A stretch of DNA of 64,000 nucleotides from assembly GCA_037447605.1 (NCBI GenBank), contig CM074811.1:1612001-1676000 (forward strand), given 5' to 3'. The stretch is from Zygnema circumcarinatum SAG 698-1b. Its lineage: Eukaryota; Plantae; Zygnematophyceae. The notes beneath the pieces were generated by a model, which was not told where the DNA came from, did not search any database, and worked only from the letters and a program-made list of their open reading frames with translations. The position numbers and the translations under genes are program-made. Position 1 is the first letter of the stretch. Every line of letters begins with the position of its first letter. Of the stretch, positions 25,327 through 38,951 are shown piece after piece.

Positions 25327-28300
25327 AAACCACTGCTGAAAGTGTCCATCGTCAACCCTCGAAGGTCATCATAAAGACGGCTGAGCCAAGGAAAAATGGA
25401 TCAGAAAGTACATTCGGTGCGTGTGGGGGCTACGCACCGCCACACAAGGCGGGAATGAGGAGATTTTCACTCAAGACCGGTGAAGCCTGTGCATCACCTG
25501 CAAGGGAGAAGCCCTCCTCCAAAGCTTTTACCACTTTCCACTCAGTCTGTGGATAAGCCCTCACTGCCACGTGTTGTGGGAGCAGGACTCGCAGACTGAG
25601 TACATGGTCTTTCGACCGCAGCAAGCGCAAGGCATCGAATGCACATTGCACCAAGGCATCACTGCCCATGGCATTCAAGATAATGACATGCCATTCATTC
25701 ATCAAGACAGCATTCGGAAATGCTGTTGGAGTCACAAGCATAGCAGGTGGCAATGAATAATCAGCAGGGAACGCTGTGCATACATACAACATGTTCCCGC
25801 TGAAAACTCCCCCAATCACATTAAGAATGTCATCCGCCCTTGGAATACAACATTCTACACTAGTGATGGCAGCTAATGCGCTGCCCCCCCTACTGTCAAG
25901 CCCACCAGCAGAGACTCCTAAGCTGCCGGTGGGGAGCCGTTTTCCGCCGGCCCCTTCCCCTTTCTGTCCTTCTTGAAAGAGGGGCAGTCATAAGACCTAT
26001 GCCCCACTTTCCTGCAACGAAACACTTGCTTTTCAAGGCCAAGAAGCTTCCATCTCCGTGGAGCAAGTTTTTGGCGGCCGCGGGCCGCTTGGTGCCGCCA
26101 CGGTGAGAGGAAGGAAATTTCCTCTTGCCATTCCCCTTAGGTCGGCCGCCTGGCGCACTAGCTTTGCGCGGCTGTTCGACCGTGTCCGCACGCGGGGGAC
26201 GGGAAGGCCCTGCACCATCTGTAGGCGCAACATCAGTTTGGACTGCAGCTGCAAACATCAGCTCATCATCCATAGCTCCCCAAGGTTCCAAGGTAATGCA
26301 GGATTCAAATTAAGCCGCTCAACGACGCTTCCCGTCGCGATCAACCTAAGAAGAATTTCGATCCGTGTGGGAACTTGGTAATCAAGCCTGCCGCACGCAC
26401 TCCCCAGACCAAATTTCCACGCTTTCCAGCCTCGCATGAGCGATCGAACCTCGCCCCGCAACAAAGATCGATCCAGATGCCAAAATGTTTGAGGAGTTCA
26501 CTCAAACTTCTCAAAGTCTTTTCCCGATAAAGCCTTGGGCGGCCGCATAATACTCCATGCCACGCCAAAGCTGGTGAAGCAAAGTTCACCATTGATGGAG
26601 GGCATTGCAGTACGCCGTGTACCCACCGCCTGTGCCCAATGATCGACGGGCACCGGAATGGCCATCTCCCCCATATGAGATCGGGGAACTCTCGCCGATT
26701 TCGGGAGTGATCCCGCATAGCCGGGCAGTCCACCATTGTGGTCGCCTTCGCCCGCCGCCAGCCAAATGGCGGTGGATTGCCGCTCAAGGTCCGCTTTCTC
26801 TTCAAAGGGAATTCCGCGCCGCTTCCCGCCGGCGGGAAGTAGCCGGGCGCTGGCGGAACTCCTCAGCCTCGGGCCGGGAGCGCCCCGGATCCACGTGCGG
26901 CCCGGCCGCTGTGCAAATGACGGTTGTGAGGTACTCAGACACCTACGCGCCGTAGCCTCTATCACTTCAGAGAGCCAGCCCATTGTATCTCGCCAAGACC
27001 ATGTGAGGAGGCTGTGGGCTTACCAAAGGGCCGGAGGGGAAACCCTGCTCACAGCCGCCCCGCCAAAGATTCGCCAGGAGGCGCCCCACGCTCGCTGAAC
27101 GCATCTTTGCCGTTTCATTCGAGCCGCCTCCAAGGAAAATTTCTTATCCAAGGCTGCCTCGCCTCGCCGGAGGACTCTCGCCCCCATCCACGGGGATGGG
27201 CACCCCCATGCTGACGGGAGGTGTCCGGGTGCTCTGCCCGCCGAGGGGGGCAGCCCCTTCCGACCTCTGTCGGGGCGCCTCTGGTGGAGGCGCTGCCGCT
27301 CCATGCGGCTGCGACCCGCGCTGCTCCCCTGGCAGCGGCTGGCCGCCAAGTTCCGGCCCCCGTGAAGAAGAAGGGGCAGCCGGAGGTGGGGCCGAAGGCC
27401 CGGGGCCCGTGTCCATGGGGTCGCCGGTCAGCCTTGATTCGCCATGTCCACGCCCCTCCTCCTAATCCGAGAAGGGGAGGTGAGGCGACGCCATCTCGCT
27501 AGGACGCCGCATTGCCTAGCTGTTTACGCCCCCACTAAAGAAAACCCGCGACCCAAAACGCGGCTCGGGATACTACTGTAACTACCCGCCGCAGCCGCTT
27601 CTCCAGAGCTCATGTGGAGAGAAGAGAGAGGGAGAGAGGAGCGAAGCTCACGCCGGTACAGCAGCTCGGATCGCTTCCCATCCGAAGCGCGTTCTAAGCT
27701 CCCCGCTGAACTCCCCTACCGCTGGAGGACCGAGCGATCCGCCTGGGGCCGAGCTCATCAAGGTATGAGATCCTAGCCGACCGATCGGGTTAAGGATTAA
27801 GCTCGCGGGTCTTCGCCAAGATCTCACGGCGCTGTGAAGGACAGCGGGCGCCGTCAGGTACTGGCAAGACGGCGGGTGCCCCGACAAAGTCGGGGACTTC
27901 GCCGCCAGTCTGCATAGCATCGGACGGTACTTGTTAAAGATGCCACCGCGATTCGTGGGTCGCGTCAAGACAGGCGGGCGCCGACGCAGGGAAAAAGCGC
28001 GCTACGCCGCATCTCGCCGCTGATCCAGAGGCCGTTCGTCCGCGCATCCGCACGGACGACCAAAGACGCATCCAAAGGGATCCCTTGCCCGCGGCAAGGA
28101 TCGAGCCCAAGACCCCTTGCGGTCTTGGCAGCGTCCTATCCTATTCGCTAGGCGCTGCGATGAAGGGGTAGTCATAGTATCACTATGAGTACGCCTCCGG
28201 GGTCACGCTGTAGCGTTACGCTACACCAACCCTCTGCTCCGCCCCATCCTCAACTGCAATACACAGGTCCCCGTCACAGTGGTCAAGAATTTCAAGATTC

Positions 28301-29625
28301 CCCAAACTCCCCCTCACTTTGTGCGTACCCTCATATGCCTCCCCTCTCGCCCTTCCTATGCCATCCACATGCCTCCTCATGCGCCGAACGGAACATGGGC
28401 ATCTCGAAAGCCGCCTCGCGGGACCGATTCCTACCGCAGCTTCACACACGCATGTCAACGGGTACGGCGAAAGTGATTTGTCCAGGAATCAGCGCACCCC
28501 CAAGGCAAAGCTGGGGGTGCTTTTACCAGCCCCGTGGGAGTGTGGCAAGAGGTGGAGCCGGGCGGGAGGCTATGAAGGCATCTCGACCTTGGGGATGAGG
28601 GGCCATGGACGGTTGATCGCTTTCGTGTGAGATCGGGCTAGAAGGTGCAAGAGAGCGTTCTTGTGGTTACGATGAGATATTTTGAGGGGCAGCCTTTGAC
28701 CGAGGTCTACGGTTCGAAAAGTAAGTCATACTTTGTATATTGGCGTTTGAAGGTTTTGTGACCCGCCTTGCACCAAACTCAAATTAAACATCAAACGATC
28801 GCAAGAAGGGAGAGAGACGATTGTGCACCTTCTCCCTCGCTTTGCATGTGAAAGGCGCGACGGGCCCGCGGCAACAGTATTTCTAAAAGGACAATTTTGT
28901 CGCGATTTGTTGCCAAGCGCATTTTGAGAAACCTACAAAGACAACACGCTTGTCGACGGGTTAAGTCAAGATCTAAAAGGCCCCACCCTGCATTTGAGTT
29001 TTCGTCCACACATTTGATGTCTCTCAAGAATACAAGTTCGTTACAAACGAGAACGTGTCCAACTCCTTTTTGCGCACTCTTTCAACAGTGAAACAACTAA
29101 TGAAATGAAAGATAAAGATAGCAACTAATTGGCTTAATAGGCTAACTAGGTTATTCCCCGGCCATTTTCATCTAATGATCATCTGGGTGACCTTCGGGCG
29201 TCGCTTCGGCGAGGGCTTAAAGCGTTGGTGAGCATGGGCAGAATTTAGCTCCAAGCTTTTCTTGACCTAAAAGTCATTTTACACTACCGCAGGGTTCCCC
29301 ATGCCGATGTTGTCCATAGATACATCTGATGGCATCACATCGCGGAGATGAACAAACGCCACTTCTTTCAATGATTTTCATCAAATTGAGTTAACAACGA
29401 TATCTATCGAACAAATCGATACCAATATTTATCGAGCGAATCGATACCAATATTTATCGAGCGAATCGATGCCAATATTTATCGAACGAATCGATACCAA
29501 TATTTATCGAACGAATCGATACCAATATTTATCGAACGAATCGATACCAATATTTATCGTATCAATATGAAATAGGTATTTTTTCGTATCAAGTAAATAC
29601 CGATATGTACCGTGTCACTTTCAGG

Positions 29626-30956
29626 AAAATGAGGTTTGATTGAACTCACGATGGCAAGGCCATCAAATGTACATGGAGAAAATCGACATAAGGAACCAAA
29701 AGAAGCGGTCACAAAGGACATAACGACAGAGAGAAAGCCTTCAAACGGAAATCAACTCTCAGACGCTAACAACACCAAGACTAGAAGCAAACAAGGTCGC
29801 CAATGTGGGCTAAAGACGCCACGAAGGGCGAAGACCACCGACGGGTCCCAACAACCGCCAAGACGCCGAAGGATCGGGAAGCAAGACAATCGGGCCAGAA
29901 GGCTTACTTCCGGGAAATGCGTTGTCGATAAAAGTTGTGGGTGATCGCTGGGAGGGTTTCCGGGCCGCGGTATCTCAAGGAGCGACAGCGATAAGGAAGA
30001 CTTCCAACCGAAAGTACTAAGGGCAAATTTCAAAAATTTCGACCGCGCCACTTGAACAAACTCATCGGCCGAAGTCGCCAGGTGAGCATGCGCCCTTACG
30101 GCATCACCGCCATGGCAAATGACGCCTCTGCGGTGTGCGGCACCTGATATCAAAGCACTCCGCCGGTCGATCAGCCAATACGACGTCTCAAAATACGTCA
30201 CGTCCAAAAGAGCAAGGTCAGGTCAAGATATCGTTTCACCGCTGAAGTCGGGCCGAGGTGGTATAACATGGGTTGGCTCTCACGCACAAGGTAACCCGGC
30301 CCCGAGCTACCTGGGCCAAGAATAAAGATCACCACAACATCAGGCTAAAATGCGCCGCCACCGCACACACCGGCACATGCACACCCCGCCAAGATCAATC
30401 AAACGACCACAACCACAACGGGAGAACCCTCGCAGCGGGGGTGGGGAGCCCAAGATCTAAGACGCTGTTACAGTTTAAACCGCTCTGAGAGAGAGTTGAA
30501 GGGTGGAAAATCGGCAAGAGCCAGCCACGCCCCTCGCACTGTGACCAAGACAAGACGCGAATGAGTTAACGCCAAGAATACCCAAGGGAGAGCCGCTAAT
30601 AAGCGGGTAGAAAACTCAAGAAGAACAACCTCCCTTCCTCACGCACAGTTCGACGCTATAAACACGCCTGCGGGAAACAAAAGGGGGAACACTCTGCTTG
30701 GGCACTAGAAGGGAGCAAACCATGAGCAAATACAAGCAGCAACTGAAGGGAAGATGACCTCATCATCAACATGATGTAACAAATGATCGAGCAACGGACA
30801 TCATCCACAAGGAAACGCGGAAGCTAGAACCGAGTAACAAGCGCCCAACTACCCAAAAGGCGTGGATGCACATGTAGTTGGGACAAGCCCCAAAACCGGC
30901 CAAGCAATAGGGAGCGAGGCTTGCAACCAGGCAAGCTGCCTTCCTGGCTGGTCAAA
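29626..30956 (-). mobile_element. CRE-like element, copy 3 (indel-rich sequence)
   Basis: Same junctions AAAATGAGGTTTGATTGAACTC ... GGTCAAA|CCACC. Confidence 0.8.
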
Positions 30957-31543
30957 CCACCAGGAGGTAGTCAACCACCTACCACCCAGGTGCCGATCAA
31001 TGCAAGCCATGCTCCACGACTTGCTGAGGGTCATCAACATCCTCCAAACCACCATCATCTCCACCCCGCTGGCTTCACATCACACCAACTTTGGATGCAG
31101 CCAGCTAGCCGCCTGCTTTCACCCCACACATGCTCGTCATGGGTTACCAAAGTTCTCCACCATGGGCCGGGTCCGATGGGGCCTATTCGCTTGTAAGTTC
31201 CATTGATGGCCCCCGAGTGCCCCTACCCCTCGCAGACCTCACACGGGTATCCCTGAGGAGGGGATACCCTCCACCACCTAGGTGGCCGGCCCTCCCCTGA
31301 GCATGCTCTACTCTTCAATCCTTAAGGCATTACAGCCTTAGCCTTTTCCGCCTCTCCTCCTGCCTCTCTCTATTTGGAGACAGTCATCGCAAGCCTATGC
31401 TCCATCAGCTCCCCCTCTTCCGGTGGGCCATCCTGCAGCCTCCTTTGCGCCTCCTGCTCCCCTAGAGCATCTCATGCCTGGGCCTCCTCCCACCTATGGT
31501 TCTCCTTCGCAGCTACCACCACCTGCTGTGAGCAGCAGCCAAC

Positions 31544-34500
31544 TGTAACTACCTGCCCCCTGGCAGGCTGCTCTGAGAGTCTAAGTGTCAAGAGAGGAAG
31601 AGAGAGGGAGAGAGGAGCCGTGAAGCTCACTGCCGTACAAAGAGCTTCTGATCGCCTCCCCATCCGAAAGCAGCCCCCAAGCTCCCCTCCTGAACCCCCT
31701 ACCGCGATGGAGGACCGAGCTGACTGCCTGGCCAGAGTCGCGGGAGCGGAGGATCCTACCACCGATTGGTTATGACAAGCCCGCGGTCTCGCCAAAGATT
31801 CACCTGGCGCGTAGCGACGCTGGCACAAGCCGTCAGGTGGGGCCGGCAAGATTTAATTGGGTACGACCGGACAGAAGTCGATTTCGCTACCGTCCGCATA
31901 GCACGGACGGGTATTTGTCAAGATGCCACCGCGCCCGTAAGTCAGCGCTGCCATGGGCGCGCCGACGCAGTGGCGCGCTGCCAGATCTTCGCCGCGGATC
32001 CAGATATGTCGGTTCGGGTCTCGCGCATCCAGACGGACGCATCAGCATTATCCAAAGGGATCCTCGCTCACGCAAGTATGATCGAGCTCCAAGACCTCTT
32101 TAAGGCGTCTTGGCAGTCAGTTCTATCCTATTCCGCTAGCGCCAAGGATAAGGGGTAGTCATAGTATCACTATGAGTACGCCTCAGTCGTATTTGTTGCG
32201 TTCGCTACGTACTTTCCCCACAGTATGTGACGCCCTGGATTCCTTTGGGAGCGATAATTTTGGCGACCAGCGGCCAAAAAGTGCAGCGCCTGCAATGCAG
32301 GGGTGTCTGGGAGGCACCGGCGTTAATCGGTCAAGTCCACTTTCAGGAAGTAAGCGTGGGCCGGTTCGGGAACCCCCTAGCCGCCCTAAGCCAGCTCACC
32401 CGGCGTGCGCCTCCCGATGCGATCTCGGGGCTTTCAGGTGCGATTTGTCCGGTGCTCTCCGTTTACGTCTTGTATTTCAACTTATAGCCCAGCCATTTCT
32501 GAATATTACGTGGCGGGAAATCGACCTCTACTCCGCGATCTGTGGGTTTGGATGGCCTTTACCTCATACTCGAGGTCACCCTCAACTTCCAGCGGAGGGA
32601 GGTGGTTGGACTCTCCCATGTTAGCGGTATGCCTTAAGAGAACCCACGCAAGAAAGGCGGATGCACTTTCATATGGCCGTCAAAAACCAACCCGGTGGCG
32701 ACCTCACCGGTCGCACTTCATGACCAGAAAAGATTTACATGAAGCCCGAGCCACCTTTCTGGTTCCTTGAAGTAAGTCTTGACATGAAGTTAGCCCGTAC
32801 TTTCGGCCCGATTACTGATAAGCCCCTCGGCTGAAGGTTAATGCAACTGCGGCCCGACGATCGACATAAGGCTTTCTGCCTTGGCCCGGGGCCTTCTTGA
32901 TTACGCCTTGCCCTCTGTAACGCCTCGGACATTTTCCGAGTGAAAGCACTAACGGCGGGAGGTTGACTCCCGCCAGCTCCTCTCACGCCCCAAGGATCCG
33001 GGAGCCTGTGAACATCCATGTTCCACAGATCAGGCTGCTGATCTCTTGGCTGCAGGGGATTTAGAGGATGCTAACCAAAGTTCAAAAAGAATGGAGTGGT
33101 ACCGATTGATTCCTGGAATGCATTATTAATGGCGTATTCAGCCACCGGGAGCAGTTCATCCCATCCATCCGGGATAGGTCCCACATAATGCCTCAAATAG
33201 TCTTCCAGAATCCGGTTAACCCTCTCCGTCTGCCCATCTGTCTGAGGGTGGAAGGCTGTACTCATAGCCTGCTTAGTCCCGATAATACGGAGGATTTCTT
33301 TCCAGAACTGCCCTGTGAATCGGGTATCACGATCTGAGATGATCTCAGATTGAAGTCCATGTTGACTCCAGACCTTGTCAACGTAGAGTCGTGCGATTTC
33401 ATCGGCTCCAGCTGTCTTAGCAGTGGGTGCAAAGTGCACCATCTTGCTGAGCCGGTCAACGAACACGAGGATGGAGTCAAAACCCCTAGCTGTCACAGGT
33501 AAGTCTGTGATCAAGTCCATGCCTACACTCTCCCACTTCCTGTAAGGAGGTGTGAGCGGTTNNNNNNNNNNTCTAACACCATCAAATGCCGCCTGGCACT
33601 CTGGTGTCCATGCATACGCGACACCGGAACGTGTCAAATTGGTAAGAGGTGTTACCAACTTACTAAAGCCTTGGATAAACTTACGAAAATAATTCGCAAA
33701 TCCAAGAAAAGACCGCAACTGATGAAGATCAGCCGGCACAGCCCATGTCTTTACAGCAGACACCTTGGCTGGATCAAGTTTCAGTCCCTGATCGTTCAAG
33801 ATATGCCCAAGATATAACAACTCTCGTTGCATGAAGTTACACTTCTTTCGCTTGGCATAAAACGTGTGTTTTCGCAACACCTCGAACACTTTGCGTACAT
33901 GCACAAGATGGTCAGCGTCCGTCTTGCTGAATACCAGGATATCATCCAGGTAGACCAAGACAAACTTATCCATGCCGACGAACATTTCGTTCATCACAGC
34001 TTGGAACGTAGCCGGAGCGTTGGTCAATCCAAAAGGTAGCACCTTGTACTGGAAGTGACCAATCGGCGTCCGAAATGCCGTCTTAGGCACATCGGCATCC
34101 GTGACACGGATCTGATGGTACCCTTGGGCCAAATCGAGCGAGGTGAACACCCTCGCCCCTTGTAGACGATCTAGCAGATCATCTATCCGTGGTAAAGCAA
34201 ACCTGTTCTTTACCGTGATTTTATTGAGTGCTCGATAATCGATGCACATTCGCAAAGACCCATCCTTTTTGCCTACAAAAAGGATAGGGGCGCCAAAGGG
34301 ACTTTGGCTGGGTTCAATCCAGCCCTTATCACGCAGATTAGCGAGTTGCTTGCGCATCTCTTCGGTCTCCTTTGGGCTAAGCCGATAGATAGGCCTCCAA
34401 GGAGNNNNNNNNNNAAGCGTCAGCCATTTGCTCCCCAAGATAAAGTCTGTTCCTGGGGCTAATAACGTCAACAAGCAGTTGACCACCCCGGAGTAAGACT

Positions 34501-37500
34501 GAATCTTCAATTTCACGCTGACGCTACCAGAAATCTGGCCAGTGCGTCCATCCCCGAAAGTTACACTATCGGAATGAGGCTGGACTGCAAACCCTGCAGT
34601 CCTGACAAAGGCTGCGCTAACAAAGTTAGCGTCCGCGCCAGTGTCCAGCAGAACGACTGCTGAGTGCCCATCGGCTGAACCTTGAAAGGTCATTGCACGA
34701 TGAGCCAAGTGGAAAATGGACCGTAGCACATTCGGTGCGTGGGGGCGCGCTAACCGCCACACAAGGGAATGAGGAGATTTCACCAGCGCACTGGTGGAAG
34801 CTCCAGGCACCCACCTAAGAAGGGAGAAGCCCTTCCTCCAAAGCTTTACCACTTTCCACTCAGTCTGTGGATAAGCCCTCACTGCCACGTGTTGTGGGAG
34901 CAGGACTCGCAGACTGAGTACATGGTCTTTCGACCGCAGCAAGCGCAAGGCATCGAATGCACATTGCACCAAGGCATCACTGCCCATGGCATTCAAGATA
35001 ATGACATGCCATTCATTCATCAAGACAGCATTCGGAAATGCTGTTGGAGTCACAAGCATAGCAGGTGGCAATGAATAATCAGCAGGGAACGCTGTGCATA
35101 CATACAACATGTTCCCGCTGAAAACTCCCCCAATCACATTAAGAATGTCATCCGCCCTTGGAATACAACATTCTACACACTAGTGATAAACTAATCGCCT
35201 TTGCCCCCCTGCAGATCAAGCCCGCAGCGAGACTCTAAACTCGCGGTGGGGAGGCGTTCAGCGGCCCCTTCCCTTCTGTCCTTCACGAAGAGGCGATCAT
35301 AAGACTCTATGCCCCACTTTCACGCGGAAACACTTGTTTTAAGCTGGCGCCAAACCTCCATCTCTCACAGTAGACAGTTTTTTTTCTTGGTACGTAGTAG
35401 TTAGTCTTCTTCTGGTGAGAGGAAGGAAATTTCCTCTTGCCATTCCCCTTAGGTCGGCCGCCTGGCGCACCAGTTTTGCGCGGCTGTTCGACCGTGTCCG
35501 CCCGCGGGGGACGGGAAGGCCCTGCACCATCTGTAGACCCAGCGTCAGTTTGAACCGCAGCTGCAAACATCTGCTCATCATCCATAGGTCCCCAAGGTTC
35601 CAAGGTACGAGGATTCAGCCGAAGCTGCTTCCGAACGTACGGCTTCAAGCCGTGACTGAACCGGAAGAAGAATTCTTCGGGTCCAGGTGGGAACTTGGTA
35701 ATTGAAGCCCAAGCCGCACGCAATTCCCGCAGGAATTCAGCCACGCTTCCAGTCTGCATGAGCGACTGGAACCTGTCCCGTGCAACAGCACTGGGATCCA
35801 AGATGCCAAAATGTTTGAGAAGTTCCAACTCAAACTTCTCAAATTCTTTTCCGATTAAAGCCTTGCGGCCGGCATATGTAGACACTCCATGCCCGCCCTG
35901 GCGGGTGAAGCCGAAGTTCACCCACATTGATGGGGAGGGGCATTGGGTAGCCTGCAGTACCCTTTTGCCCGACCAATGATGGGTGAAGCGTCCGGAATTG
36001 GTCGATCTCCCATAAGGAAGTCGGGGGAACTCGCCCGTTCTGGGGGAGGATCCCATAGCGAGAGCAGGTCCACCATTATCGCCGGAGTCCACCCGGCGCC
36101 CGGCCGAAGGTGGATTCTTTGCTGGCGGTCCGCCCTTCTCGCCCAAGGCGGCCTTGTTTGCTCAGCCAGAAGCGGCCAGCCGGCGGAACCCCAGCCCCTG
36201 GGGGCTGGGGCTCCCGTGGATCCCGATCATTTCTTAGGAGGCAGCCCAGGACCCAGCGAGGTACACAATACGCCCTCTGAGGCTGGCTGCGGCTCCTCTA
36301 TCACCCCCAGGGCTGCCGCCTCTCTGCCAAATATGCTCGGCCAAGACTGGGAGGAGGGAGGGGTTGTGGGGAGCACAGTGTTTGGAGGGAGGTCCCAGAC
36401 CTGCCCGGCCTGCTCAAAAGATCACCGTAGAGGCCCGGTCTGCTTTGGAGGCATCTTCTTTGCTTCGCCATTGAGGCAGCGCCTCAGCCTTGGAAAATTT
36501 CTTATGGCCTCTACCCGGAGAACCCGTCCCAAATCCCGCGAGGATGGGCACCCCATCTTGGCAGGGGAGAGGTGTCCGAGATTGCTCTGCCCGTAGGGGC
36601 AACCCCGCCTCGGCTTGTCTGTCGAAGGCGCCTCTGGTGGGCTGCCGCTCCCGCTCTTTTGCGACGCTGTTACTCACAGCGGCGGCTGGCCATAAGTTCG
36701 GCCCGTGAAGAAGAAGGGGCAGCGGAGGTGGAAGCCGAGCGTCATCATCCCATGCAAGTGCCAGTCAGCGCCTTGATTGGCGCCCATGTCCGTCCTCCTC
36801 AGGAATACGGAGAAGGGGAGGTGAGTGGTGGCAGCCATCTGCTTAGGGCAGCGCCCTCGGCATTACTGTGGCTTGCTGGCCCCACCCAAGAAAACCAGCG
36901 ATCTAAAGCGGCGGCTCACGTCTGATGTAACTACGCTGGCGGTATTTGCTCTGAAGTCTAAGTGTCGAGAGAAGAGAGAGAGAGAGGAGAGGAGGCGTAA
37001 GCTCAATGCTGGTACAAGAGCTTCCGGATAGATCTCCCACATCGTGCCCGACCCCATAAGCAGTTGAACCCCTACGGCATGGAGGGCCAGGGAGGCGGGA
37101 CACCCCGGTCGAGCCCACCGCGTGGCGGAATCCTTGGCAGAAGCGGTCATTAGGACAACCCGATAGTCTCGCCGCATCTCACCCCGAGCGTAGCGCTTAG
37201 CCAGCCCAGCCGTCATCTGGCAGCGCCGCGGCTAAAATAAGCCGGTGATTTTGTGACCAGTAATGCGATGCAGACGGTACTTGTCAAAAGATGCCACGGC
37301 GTCTAGGTAAGGTCAGCGCCCAGATGGCGCGCTAAAGCATCTTGGCCAGCGGCCAGATCTCGGCGGCGGGATCCCGTATCTTGGGTTAGTGCATGTATGC
37401 AGGGCGACGATGCAATCCAAAAAGGATCCCGCTTGCGCGGCGAAGTCGAGCAAGACCCCTTCGCGGTCTTGGCGGCGTCCTATCTTTATTATTTGGCGGC

Positions 37501-37572
37501 TGCGCGATGAAGGGGTAGTCATAGTATCACTATGAGTACGCCTCCGGGGTCACGCTGTAGCGTTACGCTACA
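31544..37572 (-). mobile_element. Ty3/Gypsy chromovirus, copy 2
   Basis: LTRs ~31544-32210 and 36926-37572 with TGTA..TACA ends; 5-bp TSD CCAAC (31539-31543, 37573-37577), equal to gene-3 position 13236-13240. Gag 35307-36146, Pol 33071-35137 (protease LLDTGA, RT, IN) and chromodomain KWLGY near 32490. Confidence 0.93.
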
Positions 37573-38951
37573 CCAACCCTCTGCTCCGCCCCATCCTCAA
37601 CTGCAATACACAGGTCCCCGTCACAGTGGTCAAGAATTTCAAGATTCACGAAACTCCCCCCTCACTTTAATGTGACCTCATATGCCTCCCTCGCTCCTCT
37701 CTATGCCATCCATGCCTCCTCATGCTTGACAGCAGACATGGGCATCACGAAGCGTTCCCGTGGGGCCCGATTCCTACTACTTGATTACATTTGTCGCCGG
37801 CTGGCGAGCGGGGAGAATGCGGCAGTGATTTGTCAGGTGGAACCAAAGCGCACCCCAAGGCAAAGCTTGGGGGTGCTTTTACCAACTTTCCTGTGGGAGG
37901 TGGCGTGAGTGGGCTGAGGGGAGGCTGCTTGGCTTGGCATCACTTGGAGCAGGATGAGGGGGCTGGGGCCGAGTGATGGATTTTTAGGGGTCGGGCTAGA
38001 AGGTGCAGAAGGCGACTTGTAGTTTGCGATGAGATATTTTTGAGGGGCAGGCCTTTTTTGGCTGAGGGTCTTGTTTTACTTTGAGAGTCGCGGTCATACT
38101 TTTGTATATTGCGGTTTGAAGGTTTTGTGACCTGTCTTGGCACTGAAACTCAAATTAAACATTGACACGACTGCGCAGTGGGAGAGAGACGATTGTGCAA
38201 ATCTTCTCCTCGTTTGCATGTGAGGAGTGCGATGCGGCCAGATGCGGTTGTATTTAAAGGACAATTTTGTAGGTGATTTGTTTACTTAGCGGACGGGGAG
38301 AAACCTCTGACACAAATACTGCTTTGTCGGGGCCGGTACGTGCATCTAAAAGGCCCCAATCTACGCATTTTGAGTTTTCAGTGTCCACACATTTGATGTC
38401 TTCAAGAATACAAGTTCGTTACAAACGAGAACGTGTCCAACTCCTTTTTGCGCACTCTTTCAACAGTGAAACAACTAATGAAATGAAAGAAAAAGATAGC
38501 AACTAATTGGCTTAATAGGCTAACTAGGTTATTCTGCCGATTTTCATCGAATGATCATCGGTGACCTTCGCGGCTGCTTCGAAGGAGGGCTTAAAGCATT
38601 GGTGAGCATAGGCGTAGAATTTAGCTCCAAGCTTTTTTCTTTTGACCTAAAGTCATTTGCGACCAGTTCCTCGTGGTTCCCCATGCTGATGTTGTCCATG
38701 NNNNNNNNNNCGATACCAATATTTATCGAACGAATCGATACCAATATTTATCGTATCAATATGAAATAGGTATTTTTTCGTATCAAGTAAATACCGATAT
38801 GTACCGTGTCACTTTCAGGTCAATGTTAATCGCATTGATCTGAAACGGATTTATATCGAATCGATCCGACGAAAATCGGCAATGTCTATCCTGCTGCCCT
38901 GCATCCCTCGGATGGCAAAGTTTTGGAAGAGAATTTGGATGACAGCAGTTC

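Larger units (their letters stand above)
19366..28225 (-). mobile_element. Ty3/Gypsy chromovirus, copy 1 (gapped, partly duplicated, carries a nested Copia)
   Basis: RT (LRMCIDYRALN, PFGLTNAPATFQ, VYLDDIL), integrase (MDLITDLP, SDRDTRF, HPQTDGQTER), GPF/SH3 motif and chromodomain start EYEVKAI. 5' LTR at 27577-28225 followed by TSD CCAAC. Confidence 0.9.

Noticed and set aside
24400-38350. Heavy indel divergence read as ancient decay or hypermutation
   Set aside because: Indel-rich stretches switch abruptly to near-perfect matches with other copies, the signature of unpolished long-read gap filling.
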